In this document: positions 51,739 through 61,105 of the stretch, piece after piece
How positions within the stretch are numbered: position 1 is the stretch's first letter
How the letters are laid out: each line of letters starts with the position of its first letter
Assembly: GCA_963666735.1 (NCBI GenBank)
Contig: OY762926.1
Location: 3,648,001 to 3,712,000 of the forward strand
Direction: 5' to 3'
DNA length: 64,000 nucleotides
Origin: Gemmatimonadota bacterium
GTDB taxonomy: Bacteria > Gemmatimonadota > Gemmatimonadetes > Palauibacterales > Palauibacteraceae
The notes under the pieces: model-generated
Database searches by the model: none
The model's input: the letters and a program-made list of their open reading frames with translations, nothing else
What the model was told of the DNA's origin: nothing
Translations under genes and position numbers: made by a program

Positions 51739-54065
51739 AAACCGGAGACGCGGCGGCCGGGACGCGGGGGTGGCGTAGCGTGGCGCTCGCGCTGCTTGCC
51801 ATTGCGCTGCCGGCCGGCTGCGGAGAGCCGGACGCCGGTCCCGCCGGTCGCCCCGGTTCCCCTGGTTCCGCCGGTTCCGCCGGTCCCTCGGCCGGGACGC
51901 GCGAGATGGCGGCCCGCCTGTTCGCCCTGGCGGACTCGGCCGATCCGCTGCTCGACGAGCAACTCAACACCGCGCGCCTCCGCTATCTCACGAACCTGCC
52001 GGCGTCGACCGATGGCGCGGAGATGCTCGTCCGCGCCGCCAACGCCGCGCGGGAACTTCTGAACGCGGGACACACCCAGCCCGCGCTCGAACAGTTCATC
52101 TTCGTCGACCAGACGCTGGAAGGGATCCCGGCCGAACCGTTCCCCGGCTTCCGCCGCTCCATCGAGGAACTCATCGGGATCGCCTTCCTGCGCCTCGGCG
52201 CCGAGCTGGGCTGCCCCGCCTCCGGACCCGCCGCGGGCACCGTCGAGCCGGCTCTGGAGCGCTCCCCGTGCTGGCCCGCCGTGCCCTCGATTGCTTCAGA
52301 CCCGGTCTCAGGCCCCGTCTCGGATTCCGCGCGCGCGGCGCTCAACGCGGCGATCGGGTGGCACGGGTCGCTCCTGCAGTTGCGTCCCGACGACCTGCGG
52401 GCCCGCTGGGTGTTGAACCTCGCCGCGATGACCGCCGGCACGTGGCCCGACAGCGTCCCGCCCGAGTACAGGCTGGAGGGAACCGCCGTGGGCGGGGCCG
52501 GAGCGTTCCCCCGCTTCGAGGATGTGGCCGCGCGGGTGGGCCTGGACGCGGTCTCGCTCTCCGGGGGCGCCATCGTCGACGACCTCAACGGCGACGGCCT
52601 GCCGGACGTGATGACGTCCTCCCGCGGCCTGTTGCACCCCCTCCGCTACTTCGAGAGCGACGGGGCGGGCGGCTTCGTCGACCGGACGGCCGAGGCGGGG
52701 CTCGAGGGCCTCCTGGGCGGGCTCAACCTCGTCCACGCCGACTACGACAACGACGGCGACGCGGACATCTTCGTCCTCCGCGGCGGCTGGCTCGTCCAGC
52801 CCCTCCCCAACTCGCTGTTGCGCAACGATGGCGGCGTCTTCTCCGACGTCACGCGCGAAGCCGGACTCTATTCCGAGCACCCGACCCAGACCGGCGCGTG
52901 GGCCGATTACGACGGCGACGGCTGGCTCGACCTCTTCATCGGCAACGAGTCGAGGGACAGCCTCGCGCACCGCAGCGAACTCTACCGAAACCGCGGGGAC
53001 GGGACGTTCGAGGAGATCGCCGCGGACGTCGGCATCGAGGTGATGGACTTCGTGAAGGGCGTCACGTGGGGGGACTACGACAACGATGGTCGCCCCGACC
53101 TCTATCTGTCGATCCTCCACGCCTCCAACCGCCTGTACCGGAATCTCGGCCCTGGCGCCGACACCGACGGAGACTGGGCCTTCGAGGAGGTGGCGGGGCG
53201 GGCCGGCGTCGGCGAGCCGCTGGCCAGTTTCCCGACCTGGTTCTGGGATTTCGACAACGACGGCTGGCTGGACATCTACGTCGCGGGCTACGCGGCGCAG
53301 ACCGCCGACCTCGTGCGCGAGATGACCGGCGAGCCGCACTCCGCCGAGCTGCCCCGCCTGTACCGGAACCTGGGGGACGGGACCTTCGCCGACGTCACGG
53401 CCGCGCAGGGTCTCGACCGGATCATGTACGCGATGGGATCGAACTACGGCGATCTCGACAGCGACGGCTGGCTCGACTTCCTCGTCGGCACGGGCGACCC
53501 CGACCTCCGGCAGTTGATGCCGAACCGGATGTTCCGCAACCTCGGCGACCGCTTCGTGGAGATCACCGGGGCGGGTGGGTTCGGGAGCCTGCACAAGGGA
53601 CACGGCGTCTCCTTCGTGGACATCGACAATGACGGCGACACCGACGTCCACATCCAGCTGGGAGGGGCCAACGAGGGGGACCTCTCCCCTAACGCCCTGT
53701 ACGAGAACCCGGGGTTCGACCACCGCTGGCTCGCGCTCACCCTGGTGGGCGACCGGGCCAACCGCCCCGGAATTGGCGCCCGTATCACCGTGACCGTCGA
53801 GGGGCCGGGTGGGACGGACGGGATGAGACGGATCCACCGCCGGGCCGACACTGGGGGGAGCTTCGGCTCGAACCCGCTCCGCCAGCAGATCGGGCTGGGC
53901 CCGGCGACCCGGATCGAGTCCGTCGAGATCCGCTGGCCGGGTTCGGGTACCGTCGACCGGCTCACCGGCCTCGCCCTCGACCGCGCCTACCGCATCCGCG
54001 AGGGGACGGGGATCGCCGAGCCGCTGGAGAGGCCTCGGGTCCGCCTCGGCGGCGCCGCCGGCTAG
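51735..54065 (+). CDS. CRTAC1-family FG-GAP/ASPIC-UnbV lipoprotein
   Basis: LPAG-C lipobox; DYDNDG repeats; KGHGV, GGSFGSN...IGLG. Confidence 0.88.
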   Translation: MKTGDAAAGTRGWRSVALALLAIALPAGCGEPDAGPAGRPGSPGSAGSAGPSAGTREMAARLFALADSADPLLDEQLNTARLRYLTNLPASTDGAEMLVRAANAARELLNAGHTQPALEQFIFVDQTLEGIPAEPFPGFRRSIEELIGIAFLRLGAELGCPASGPAAGTVEPALERSPCWPAVPSIASDPVSGPVSDSARAALNAAIGWHGSLLQLRPDDLRARWVLNLAAMTAGTWPDSVPPEYRLEGTAVGGAGAFPRFEDVAARVGLDAVSLSGGAIVDDLNGDGLPDVMTSSRGLLHPLRYFESDGAGGFVDRTAEAGLEGLLGGLNLVHADYDNDGDADIFVLRGGWLVQPLPNSLLRNDGGVFSDVTREAGLYSEHPTQTGAWADYDGDGWLDLFIGNESRDSLAHRSELYRNRGDGTFEEIAADVGIEVMDFVKGVTWGDYDNDGRPDLYLSILHASNRLYRNLGPGADTDGDWAFEEVAGRAGVGEPLASFPTWFWDFDNDGWLDIYVAGYAAQTADLVREMTGEPHSAELPRLYRNLGDGTFADVTAAQGLDRIMYAMGSNYGDLDSDGWLDFLVGTGDPDLRQLMPNRMFRNLGDRFVEITGAGGFGSLHKGHGVSFVDIDNDGDTDVHIQLGGANEGDLSPNALYENPGFDHRWLALTLVGDRANRPGIGARITVTVEGPGGTDGMRRIHRRADTGGSFGSNPLRQQIGLGPATRIESVEIRWPGSGTVDRLTGLALDRAYRIREGTGIAEPLERPRVRLGGAAG

Positions 54066-54139
54066 CGCTAGCGGGACGCCGCAGCGGACGACACAGGGGC
54101 CGACGCAGCGGACGACACGGGGGGACGACACGGGGGCCG

Positions 54140-55088
54140 CAGCGCCGAAGCTCTCCAGCGACAGCACCCGCCGCACCAGGTCCACCTGCCGCTTGACGCC
54201 CTGTTTGCGGCAAATCTGCTTCACGTGCAGAGCCAACCGTTTCGGGAGCATGTCGGGAGAAGAGGAGGACTCTGAGGACGGTGACGTGACCGTCATCGAA
54301 CCGGCGAAGCCGCGCACCCCCCAGGGCGGCAGGGCGCCGGCCGGCAAACGAGACAGTTCAGCGTCCTCCTCCGGCAGCCGGGCGCATAGGCGCCCATCCC
54401 AGTCCGCCAGACCGTCGCCCTTCCGCAGGATCTCCAGCGCCCGGTCGTTCGCCGTCGCGATCCGGCCGGACCGCTCGAGATGGAGGACCCCGATGCGCGG
54501 ACTGGTCAGGAGGGCGGTCGCGCACGTGCCCGTCACCTCCGCTTCGATCAGCGCCTGGCGCACGATGGCGAACTGGCGAATGTGCGGATGGAGTTCCCGG
54601 AGCAGCCGGATCTGATCGGAAGTCCAGCCTCCGCGCTCGGTGGAATCGCAGAGCCCCCATATGACACCCAGGTCGTTCGGGGCGTCCAGCCGCATGTAGA
54701 GGCCGTTCCGCGCCTTCGTGTCGACCAGCGCCTCGTTGTAGGTGGCCGAGGTCTTCTTCTCCGCGTCGGTGTACAGATCTCCCGTGGACACCAGCCGCCC
54801 GGGCTCCAGGCGCGCGATGCGGGGGGCGGCTTCGTCTCCGGCCCAGTAATCGTTGAAGTACCTGGACTCCCAGTCCTTGCGGCGGCGTCCGGCGAGGCAG
54901 ATCCGCGTAAGGAGGACTGCCGCATGGGTCCCCTGCGTCTCATGGAGCGTCAGGGCGCTGCCGCTCATGCGATTGATCTCGCCCATCGTGCGATCCGCCT
55001 CGGGCCACCGCGCTTCGTCGAGCGCGGCCTCGTGAAGCGATGCCAGGATGCGATCGAGCGGACCCGCCGAAGACGTCACTGTGCGCAT
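54140..55088 (-). pseudogene. PAS-like/LuxR-type regulator with most of the HTH deleted and stop codon lost
   Basis: RILASLHEAALDEARW N-terminus; RLALHV joins directly to KQICRKQGVKRQVDLVRRVL; frame then runs antisense through the neighbour. Confidence 0.7.
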
Positions 55089-55148
55089 ATGCCATCCTTG
55101 CCATCCGGTCCCGAACGCGGCGGGCGACCATACGATCACGAAAACGGG

Positions 55149-55560
55149 GAGGTCGGGTCAATAGGTGTGTAAACGTCCTCAGGCGGCGACCCCTTGCCGA
55201 CCTTCCGGGACCGGATTTCCGTCCTCGAATCTTCTTCCCTCGCACACATCCCGCAGCAGTTCCGGGGCGTTGAGCTTCCCGAACCGCTTTTGGGCCACGA
55301 TCAAGAGCCGCCAGATGAGCGCGGTGGCGTTGTCGACCCGCTTGAACCGTTTCGCCGCGGTCGTGCGCAGCCGGACCGAGGCGAACGGGCTCTCCACCAC
55401 GTTGGTTGTCCGCAAGTGCGCCAGTGCTGCTCGGGGAAGGCGTGGAAGGCCGTCATGCGGTCCCAGTCTCCTCGAGCACCTCCACCGCCTTCCGGTGGGC
55501 GTCCCCGTAGCGGCCGGCGAACGCCTTGCGCGCCTCCTTCGCCGCCGCCCGCGATGTCTC
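55149..55560 (-). mobile_element. IS256-family 3' relic with right end
   Basis: DWDRMTAFHAFPEQHW / HLRTTNVVESPFASVRLRT with two frameshifts; end-like GTCAATAGGTGTGTAAA. Confidence 0.8.
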
Positions 55561-55669
55561 TCCGCCCGGAGCGTCCGCCTCGTGACCACCGTACGACCCC
55601 GAGCCACCCTCCCTCGATGTGCGCCATTTTCGATGCCCACAAGTGGGACATTTCCGATGCCCCTTGACA
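55561..55669 (-). mobile_element. IS21-family left end without transposase
   Basis: TGTCAA end followed by tandem GGGCATCG(G/A)AAATG boxes, typical of IS21 multi-repeat ends. Confidence 0.65.
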
Positions 55670-55670
55670 G

Positions 55671-55692
55671 CCGGGGGGCGTCTGCCCCCCGG
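55671..55692. terminator. Perfect 9-bp GC hairpin (terminator- or REP-like)
   Basis: CCGGGGGGC-GTCT-GCCCCCCGG, TTTCTT a few nt downstream. Confidence 0.4.
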
Positions 55693-55761
55693 GCCGGGTT
55701 TCTTCGGGACAACTACCTATTGCGGGGGGAGGGGAGAGAAGAGGGGAGCGAGGGGGTGCTC

Positions 55762-55875
55762 CGCGCGGCTGGCTGTCGCCGCCTCTTCAACACCGGCAGG
55801 GTGCTGATGAACGGCCCCTGCGTCCGTTTGAATAGCCGACCGCTATACGGTCGACCCGGCGCGCAGGGGGCTGCT
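55762..55875 (+). ncRNA. Candidate structured RNA, unassigned
   Basis: Extensive self-complementarity with G-U pairs on the + strand; two alternative folds. Confidence 0.35.
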
Positions 55876-55983
55876 GAATCCGCCGGAACCGATATAGCAT
55901 CATGCTAACCGGCTATATTACAACAGGTTACACAAGCCTCTCGCGAGCATGTATCATTTGAGATATGTAGAAATGAGCAGGAA

Positions 55984-56181
55984 TCCACGCGACCGTACCG
56001 GATGCTCTTGGACGTAACTGTTCGGCTAAGCCGTGGAGTCCATCCGCCGTCTGGGAAGGCGCGGCGAGCAGAAACGACGGATCGCCTGTGATTGCAGGCA
56101 CCTCCCACCGCGTCCGGGTGGAGGTCATCACGGCCTGACCGAACGCTTACTCTTGGACGTATTCGTTCGGTCAAACCGTGG
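55984..56181 (+). repeat. Two homologous long hairpins 145 nt apart
   Basis: CTCTTGGACGTA-nnn-GTTCGG-nnAAn-CCGTGG at 56005-56036 and 56150-56181 (26/32 identical). Confidence 0.7.
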
Positions 56182-56566
56182 GCTTGACCCCCTGCGGGAT
56201 CGCCCTGGATCGTTACCGGACAACCGACGAAGTTTCCCCCTTCCACCTCCCTGAGGACGGGCGGAGAGCGGCGATTCGATCCGTGGAGTCGGAACGTTCA
56301 CGGTCGGCCTGCCTGCCGCACGAATGGGACTTCGAGACTGCCAAGCACCTCGGTTGTGTTGTCAGGCAGTGGGCTTGTCGCCGCGTTGGGTGGCTCAAGG
56401 ACCGAGCGATTACATCCTTGGACCCGTGGATCGGATCCGACCGACCCAGAGAGGCCTTGCCAGCTATTGTGGCCACATGGTCCGGTTGCTATCCGGGGCA
56501 CCCGCATCCCTGGACCGCGACCGGCCGCCTACAGCGTCCTCCGAAAGCCGGGCACATCCACAGTCC

Positions 56567-59473
56567 CTACCATCCGGGTGGCAGCCATTCCTCGTGCCCG
56601 AAGCCGCGGATGGTCGCCGCAGCGGACTCTGAGAGCGGATACTCCCAGTGCCGGAAGAAGCTGACCAGGTCGCGCTGGACGATGGCGCTGAACCGGATCG
56701 CGAACCCGTCGAGTTCGCCGCCGAAGATCGAGCGCGGATAGGCCGGGTCGTAGTAGCTGTGGAAGACCCGCTTCATCGGGTTCCAGCCGAACCGGTCGAT
56801 GAGCTGGCGGTACAGAAAGAGCCGCTCGCAGGCGCCTGCGACGGACCACCGCAGGGTGGCAATCGCGGCATGGTCCACCGGGGCGGCGCAACCGTGAGTC
56901 CTCTGCTCGGTGTAGACATTGAAGTCGTCGCCGCCGTAAATGTAGTAGTTCAGCGTGTACATCGTGAAAAGGTTCACACCGACCTCGGTGATTCCGTTTC
57001 CTCTCCAGTCCTCGGTCTGCCATTGGTGACCGAGTTCGTGGCCGAAGAGCCACCAGTCCACGCCGTGCGCCCAAGGGGAGTAAACTTCGGGTGGTGGGCG
57101 TACAAACGGCCTTGGGCCCTCGCTCGTTAGCGTGGCCAACCACGCCCGGCCCTCCGCCGTGCCCGGCACGAGTGCCCAGTGTTCCCCGTGAAGCGGGTAG
57201 TTGATGGTCAGCCAGCCCGCGTTGGCGTAGCCATAGCCGACCTGCGGATCGAAGATCCAGACGCTCTCGTACGCGCGGGGAACGGGCTCGCCGGCAAGCT
57301 CCGCGTGGTGCCGCCGGAATCCGTCCCAGAACGCCGAGACTTCACCCGGATCGTCGATACCGCGCGCGGACTCGGCCGAGATCACGAACCGGATACCGCC
57401 GGGCTTCTGGATGATGGCCTGCGGGGCTCCGGCGTCAAGATCCGCTAACCATCCGGCCGCGTTCGACTCGCCGGCCGTGTACACGGCCATGGGAATAGCC
57501 CCCTCGACCGTGACCGGGATCGTCCCCCGGTAGGACTCCGGGATGACGAGGGAGATTGAGCCGCCGTAAGCGTTCGTGACCTCAGTCTCCGCCATCGTAA
57601 CACTGAAGGTGCGACGCAAAGCTGGCGCCCGGCGCCATACGGCGTGCTCGGGGATCCGCCGCAGGTCATTGTGTTCCTGACCCACCGTGATCGCCAGCTC
57701 GCCGGTCGCGTGCGACGAGGGAACCGAAATGGTGACGAGACCGCCGGGCGGCGCATAGAACTCCAGCGGAAAATGACGTTCGCGCCGGCGGGCGCCCGCC
57801 GGGAACTCGCCCCCTGTGGCGTCCACGACCACGGACCCGTCCTCGCGGCGGGCGGCGGGGACGGGAAGGCCGGGAAAGGCCGCCGCCCAGGGATGCGCCG
57901 CAGGCCACTCGTATGCACCAAGACTACTCGCCACGGCGACCGCAAGACGAGCCTCCGGAGCGTCTGCGGAGACCGGCAAGGGCGGCGTCTCCCGCGCAAG
58001 ACGGGCGAGGGCAAAGTCCAATTCCTCGGTACGACCAAGCTCGAGGGCAGCGTTGAAGAGGTGAGGCAGAAGCGCCGCCTGGAACGCGTCGAGTGACCCG
58101 CCTCCGATGTACTCACCCCATACGACATGCGGCATCAGGCGCAAGTCAAAGCTTGTGGTGGCGGACGCAATCTCCTCGATCGAGTCCTCGTTCCACGAGA
58201 TGCCGGTGTCGCGTAGGAGAGCGTCCGCCGTCAGCGGACCGTGGTGTTGCTCGATCCACCAGCTCCAGTGGAGTGCGGAGGCGGCGACGACCAGCCCGCC
58301 TCCGCGCTCGACGAAGGCCCGGAGCGGCCCAACGGATGCCTCGACCAAGTGGGCCGTGCCCCAATGGTTGGCCAGAACCACGGCGACATCCGCGTCGGCC
58401 AGCGCGCTGGCGCTCCAGTCGCGGACGTACGGCCCCCGACCATCGACCACGTCGACCCCATCGATCCCCTGCGCCTCGAGCGCGTCGGCGACCCTCCGGT
58501 TGTCCACGAGCACGCGAAGTGAGGCGTTCTTCGCGCCAGTCCAGCGCACGGCGTTGGCCAGGAGGCGGGCCGCACTGGCGTTGCCGAGGAGCGTCGCCCG
58601 ATTTCCTGGGGACAGGAAGTCTTGCCCGGGGAACGCGACCACCCTGCCCGCCCCCAGCCGCGACGCGGCCACGAGCACGGACGGCATGTCGCCCTCGCTG
58701 ACAATCACCGGAAACGCGTCGGGATTTAGCCCCAACCGCAGCGTGCCGACCGTTTCGGTGGAGCCCTCGGTCCCCCCCACCGTCGTGGTAACGAACGGAC
58801 GTTCCGGCAGTCCCGCCGTCAGCACCGCGTGGTGATTCGAGGGATCGTCCGAAAACACGGAGACTCGGGACGAGTCCGCCAGTGTCTCCGACGCTGCGGT
58901 GATCGTCGCCGCGCCCACCGCCTCGGCGCGCACTAGCCCCGAGTCGTCCACCATCGCGATTGTCGCGTCGCTCGACCGCCACTCGAAAGCGGCGTCCGAA
59001 ACCTCGCTGCCCAGTGCATCGAGCGCCGTCGCTGACAGTCGCGTCGTGTCCCCCACTGGCAACGCCAGCGAGCTTGGCGACACGCGGATCGCTGCTACGG
59101 CTTGCTCTACAACGATCCGCGCGGTGCCCGACACGGAGCCAGCCGTTGCCGTGATCGTCACCGTCCCGTCACCCGTTGCCGTTACCAGTCCGGACGCGGC
59201 GACCGTCGCCATCGAAGCATCGCTTGACGACCAGGCCAGCGCCGTTCCCGTCATCACGTTCCCGTTCTGGTCACGCACTTCCACCGAGAGTTGCACGGTC
59301 GCTCCCAGGGCGGTCAGCTCGGCGATTGCCGGGCTGACCGTGACCGTGGTGGGACGGGCGGGTTCGGGAGGCGGTGGCGGTGGGGGGTCCGTGGTCCCGT
59401 CCCCGCAGGCAGACGACAACGCGAGAGCCGCAAGAACGGCGGAGAGCCGGACCACGGCTCCGCGACCGCTCAT
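56567..59473 (-). CDS. M60-like (enhancin/mucinase) metallopeptidase lipoprotein with two Big_2 Ig domains
   Basis: LSSA-C lipobox; WSSSD..VA.V..SGLV repeats; YAPPG; GHELGHQWQ...ITEVGVNLF gluzincin motif. Confidence 0.88.
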   Translation of the reverse strand: MSGRGAVVRLSAVLAALALSSACGDGTTDPPPPPPPEPARPTTVTVSPAIAELTALGATVQLSVEVRDQNGNVMTGTALAWSSSDASMATVAASGLVTATGDGTVTITATAGSVSGTARIVVEQAVAAIRVSPSSLALPVGDTTRLSATALDALGSEVSDAAFEWRSSDATIAMVDDSGLVRAEAVGAATITAASETLADSSRVSVFSDDPSNHHAVLTAGLPERPFVTTTVGGTEGSTETVGTLRLGLNPDAFPVIVSEGDMPSVLVAASRLGAGRVVAFPGQDFLSPGNRATLLGNASAARLLANAVRWTGAKNASLRVLVDNRRVADALEAQGIDGVDVVDGRGPYVRDWSASALADADVAVVLANHWGTAHLVEASVGPLRAFVERGGGLVVAASALHWSWWIEQHHGPLTADALLRDTGISWNEDSIEEIASATTSFDLRLMPHVVWGEYIGGGSLDAFQAALLPHLFNAALELGRTEELDFALARLARETPPLPVSADAPEARLAVAVASSLGAYEWPAAHPWAAAFPGLPVPAARREDGSVVVDATGGEFPAGARRRERHFPLEFYAPPGGLVTISVPSSHATGELAITVGQEHNDLRRIPEHAVWRRAPALRRTFSVTMAETEVTNAYGGSISLVIPESYRGTIPVTVEGAIPMAVYTAGESNAAGWLADLDAGAPQAIIQKPGGIRFVISAESARGIDDPGEVSAFWDGFRRHHAELAGEPVPRAYESVWIFDPQVGYGYANAGWLTINYPLHGEHWALVPGTAEGRAWLATLTSEGPRPFVRPPPEVYSPWAHGVDWWLFGHELGHQWQTEDWRGNGITEVGVNLFTMYTLNYYIYGGDDFNVYTEQRTHGCAAPVDHAAIATLRWSVAGACERLFLYRQLIDRFGWNPMKRVFHSYYDPAYPRSIFGGELDGFAIRFSAIVQRDLVSFFRHWEYPLSESAAATIRGFGHEEWLPPGW

Positions 59474-59497
59474 GGTCCCGGCGGCGATCCTGCCAAG

Positions 59498-59715
59498 TCG
59501 GGCTCGGGCTCGGGCTCGGCTCGGCTCGGCTCGGCTCGGCTCGGCTCGGCTCGGCTCGGCTCGGCTCGGCTCGGCTCGGCTCGGCTCGGCTCGGCTCGGC
59601 TCGGCTCGGCTCGGCTCGGCTCGGCTCGGCTCGGCTCGGCTCGGCTCGGCTCGGCTCGGCTCGGCTCGGCTCGGCTCGGCTCGGCTCGGCTCGGCTCGGC
59701 TCGGCTCGGCTCGGC
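59498..59715. repeat. Microsatellite (TCGGGC)3(TCGGC)40
   Basis: Counted directly: hexamers 59498-59515, 40 perfect pentamers 59516-59715. Confidence 0.97.
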
Positions 59716-59759
59716 TTAACGGTGGGGTAAAGCCATGTCTTCATCGTGTCAATCCCCTG
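59714..59759 (-). promoter_or_regulatory. Conserved leader motif copy B (CAGGG-nn-TTGACACGATG-N16-CCACCGTTAAGC) abutting the microsatellite
   Basis: Matches 14779-14823; contains ATG at 59744. Confidence 0.65.
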
Positions 59760-59999
59760 CGGGTGGGCCTGGGGCGGGTGCCGGGAGGTCGCCCGCTGGG
59801 CTGGGAAGATAAGCTGCAATGCCGCGTCGCGGCCAGAAGAAATCGAGTTCTGGCAGGTAGCCCATTCCGCGTCCGAGAACCCCTATCGGCTTGGCCCGGA
59901 ATCTCGCTCTCGCCCTCGCGGCGGGCGTCATCTCCCCTCCGGCAGTTGGAGACAATCACCGGCTCGGCCCGGAGTCGCGATCCGGCCCGCGCGGCCTCG

Positions 60000-61105
60000 C
60001 CTTTTCGAACAGCCGCCTCGTGATCTCCACCCGCTCCCTGGCCCTGCGCCGTAGATGCCAGAGTATCCGGTCAAATCGGTCACCCGCCCGCTCAGCCGCT
60101 CGACTTGCCGCTGCAAGGCTTCGACCTGCTCGCGCAACGCTTCGATTTGTCCGGATTGCCGCCGCTGTTACGTTTCGTACTGCGTGGAGAATCTTTCCAA
60201 GGCGGCTGTCAGCCGCCGTTCCAAGTCGGTCACGCAACTCCTTCCCACGCTCTCGACAGCTTCAAGTAGGGCCGTCCGTCCATCGTGAAGGCGGGACGGC
60301 CCGGCGTGCCGGCGGGCAGCGCCACGTTGCGCTCCCCGTGGATCTCGATCAACTCGGTGCCCCAGGTCGTCTCGTGCATCGCCGCTAAGGTGTCGCGCGC
60401 CCGCACGGTCCGGACGTTCACCTCTGCCAGGGTTTCGATCCGGGAGTCGATGCTCCTCGACAACCAGTGCGTCGTCGCCCAACTGCCGCCGCAGATACCG
60501 AGGAATAAGCTCATGCCGACCACCAGCGGTCCGGAGCCAGGACTTCATCAGCAACTCGCGCATGCGCCCGGTCGCCTCGACCGTATCGGCCTCGATGGAA
60601 CGCAGCGCGCCGGCTTGCGACGGCGCTCAAGTTCTCGCCAAGCCGCGCGAGCTCTCGCGCGGCTGTCTCCTCGATCCGCTTCCTGTCGGCCTCCAGCCTG
60701 CTCCTCAGCCGGGAGGTCAAGTCGTTCGGGCTCGAAGTCTCGTTCATACAGTTCTCCCTTCAGGCGCCACCGCTTCCCGCTGCCGGGATCGCGGGCGGTG
60801 ACGTAGTCCTTGCCCTGGCGGGGCACCTCCAGGCCAACGTCCTCCAGCGCGGAGACCACGTCGGCGCGGCCCTTGACCGGGCCGTGCTCTACGCGTTGCA
60901 CCGGGTAGTCGCGGATCAGCGTGCGCGGGTCGGCTTCGTGTTCCAGCCCGGCCCGCAGCTTCGAGGCCTCGATGTAGGCCACGTGGCCCGGCCGCTGCGT
61001 CCTGGCCCGCTCCGGGTCGTCGGGACGGCTCCAGCCGTGCTCGTGGTTGAAGGCGTCGCGCAGCGGGTCGAACGTCCGCTGCCAGCCGGGCGGTGCGTTG
61101 TTCAT
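60000..61105 (-). pseudogene. Decayed ColE1-type mobilisation module (relaxase mid/C-part, MbeB-like, MbeD/MobD-like)
   Basis: APPGWQRTFDPLRDAFN..GWSRPDDP...VPRQGKDYVT...RLKGELY; overlapping frameshifted small ORF; VTDLERRLTAALE with internal stop; catalytic N-terminus absent. Confidence 0.7.

Noticed and set aside
52308..55139. 943-aa minus-strand ORF
   Set aside because: Readthrough of the LuxR pseudogene into the antisense frame of the CRTAC1 gene.
55762..55850. tRNA-Sec-like look (GCGGC-TGGCT-GTCGC arm, CTTCAA, long hairpin, GTTTGAAT)
   Set aside because: Anticodon, T and acceptor stems do not pair and there is no matching 3' end; kept only as an unassigned structured element.
55984..56430. 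CRISPR or TIGR-like array
   Set aside because: Only two good copies, irregular spacing and no cas or Nop-domain gene nearby.
55980..56520. CsrB-like GGA-rich sRNA (21 GGA counted)
   Set aside because: The opposite strand has about 14, and few sit in the CAGGA loop context; enrichment is weak.
58899..60023. LGSAR-repeat proteins on the + strand
   Set aside because: Translations of the microsatellite, antisense to the M60 gene.
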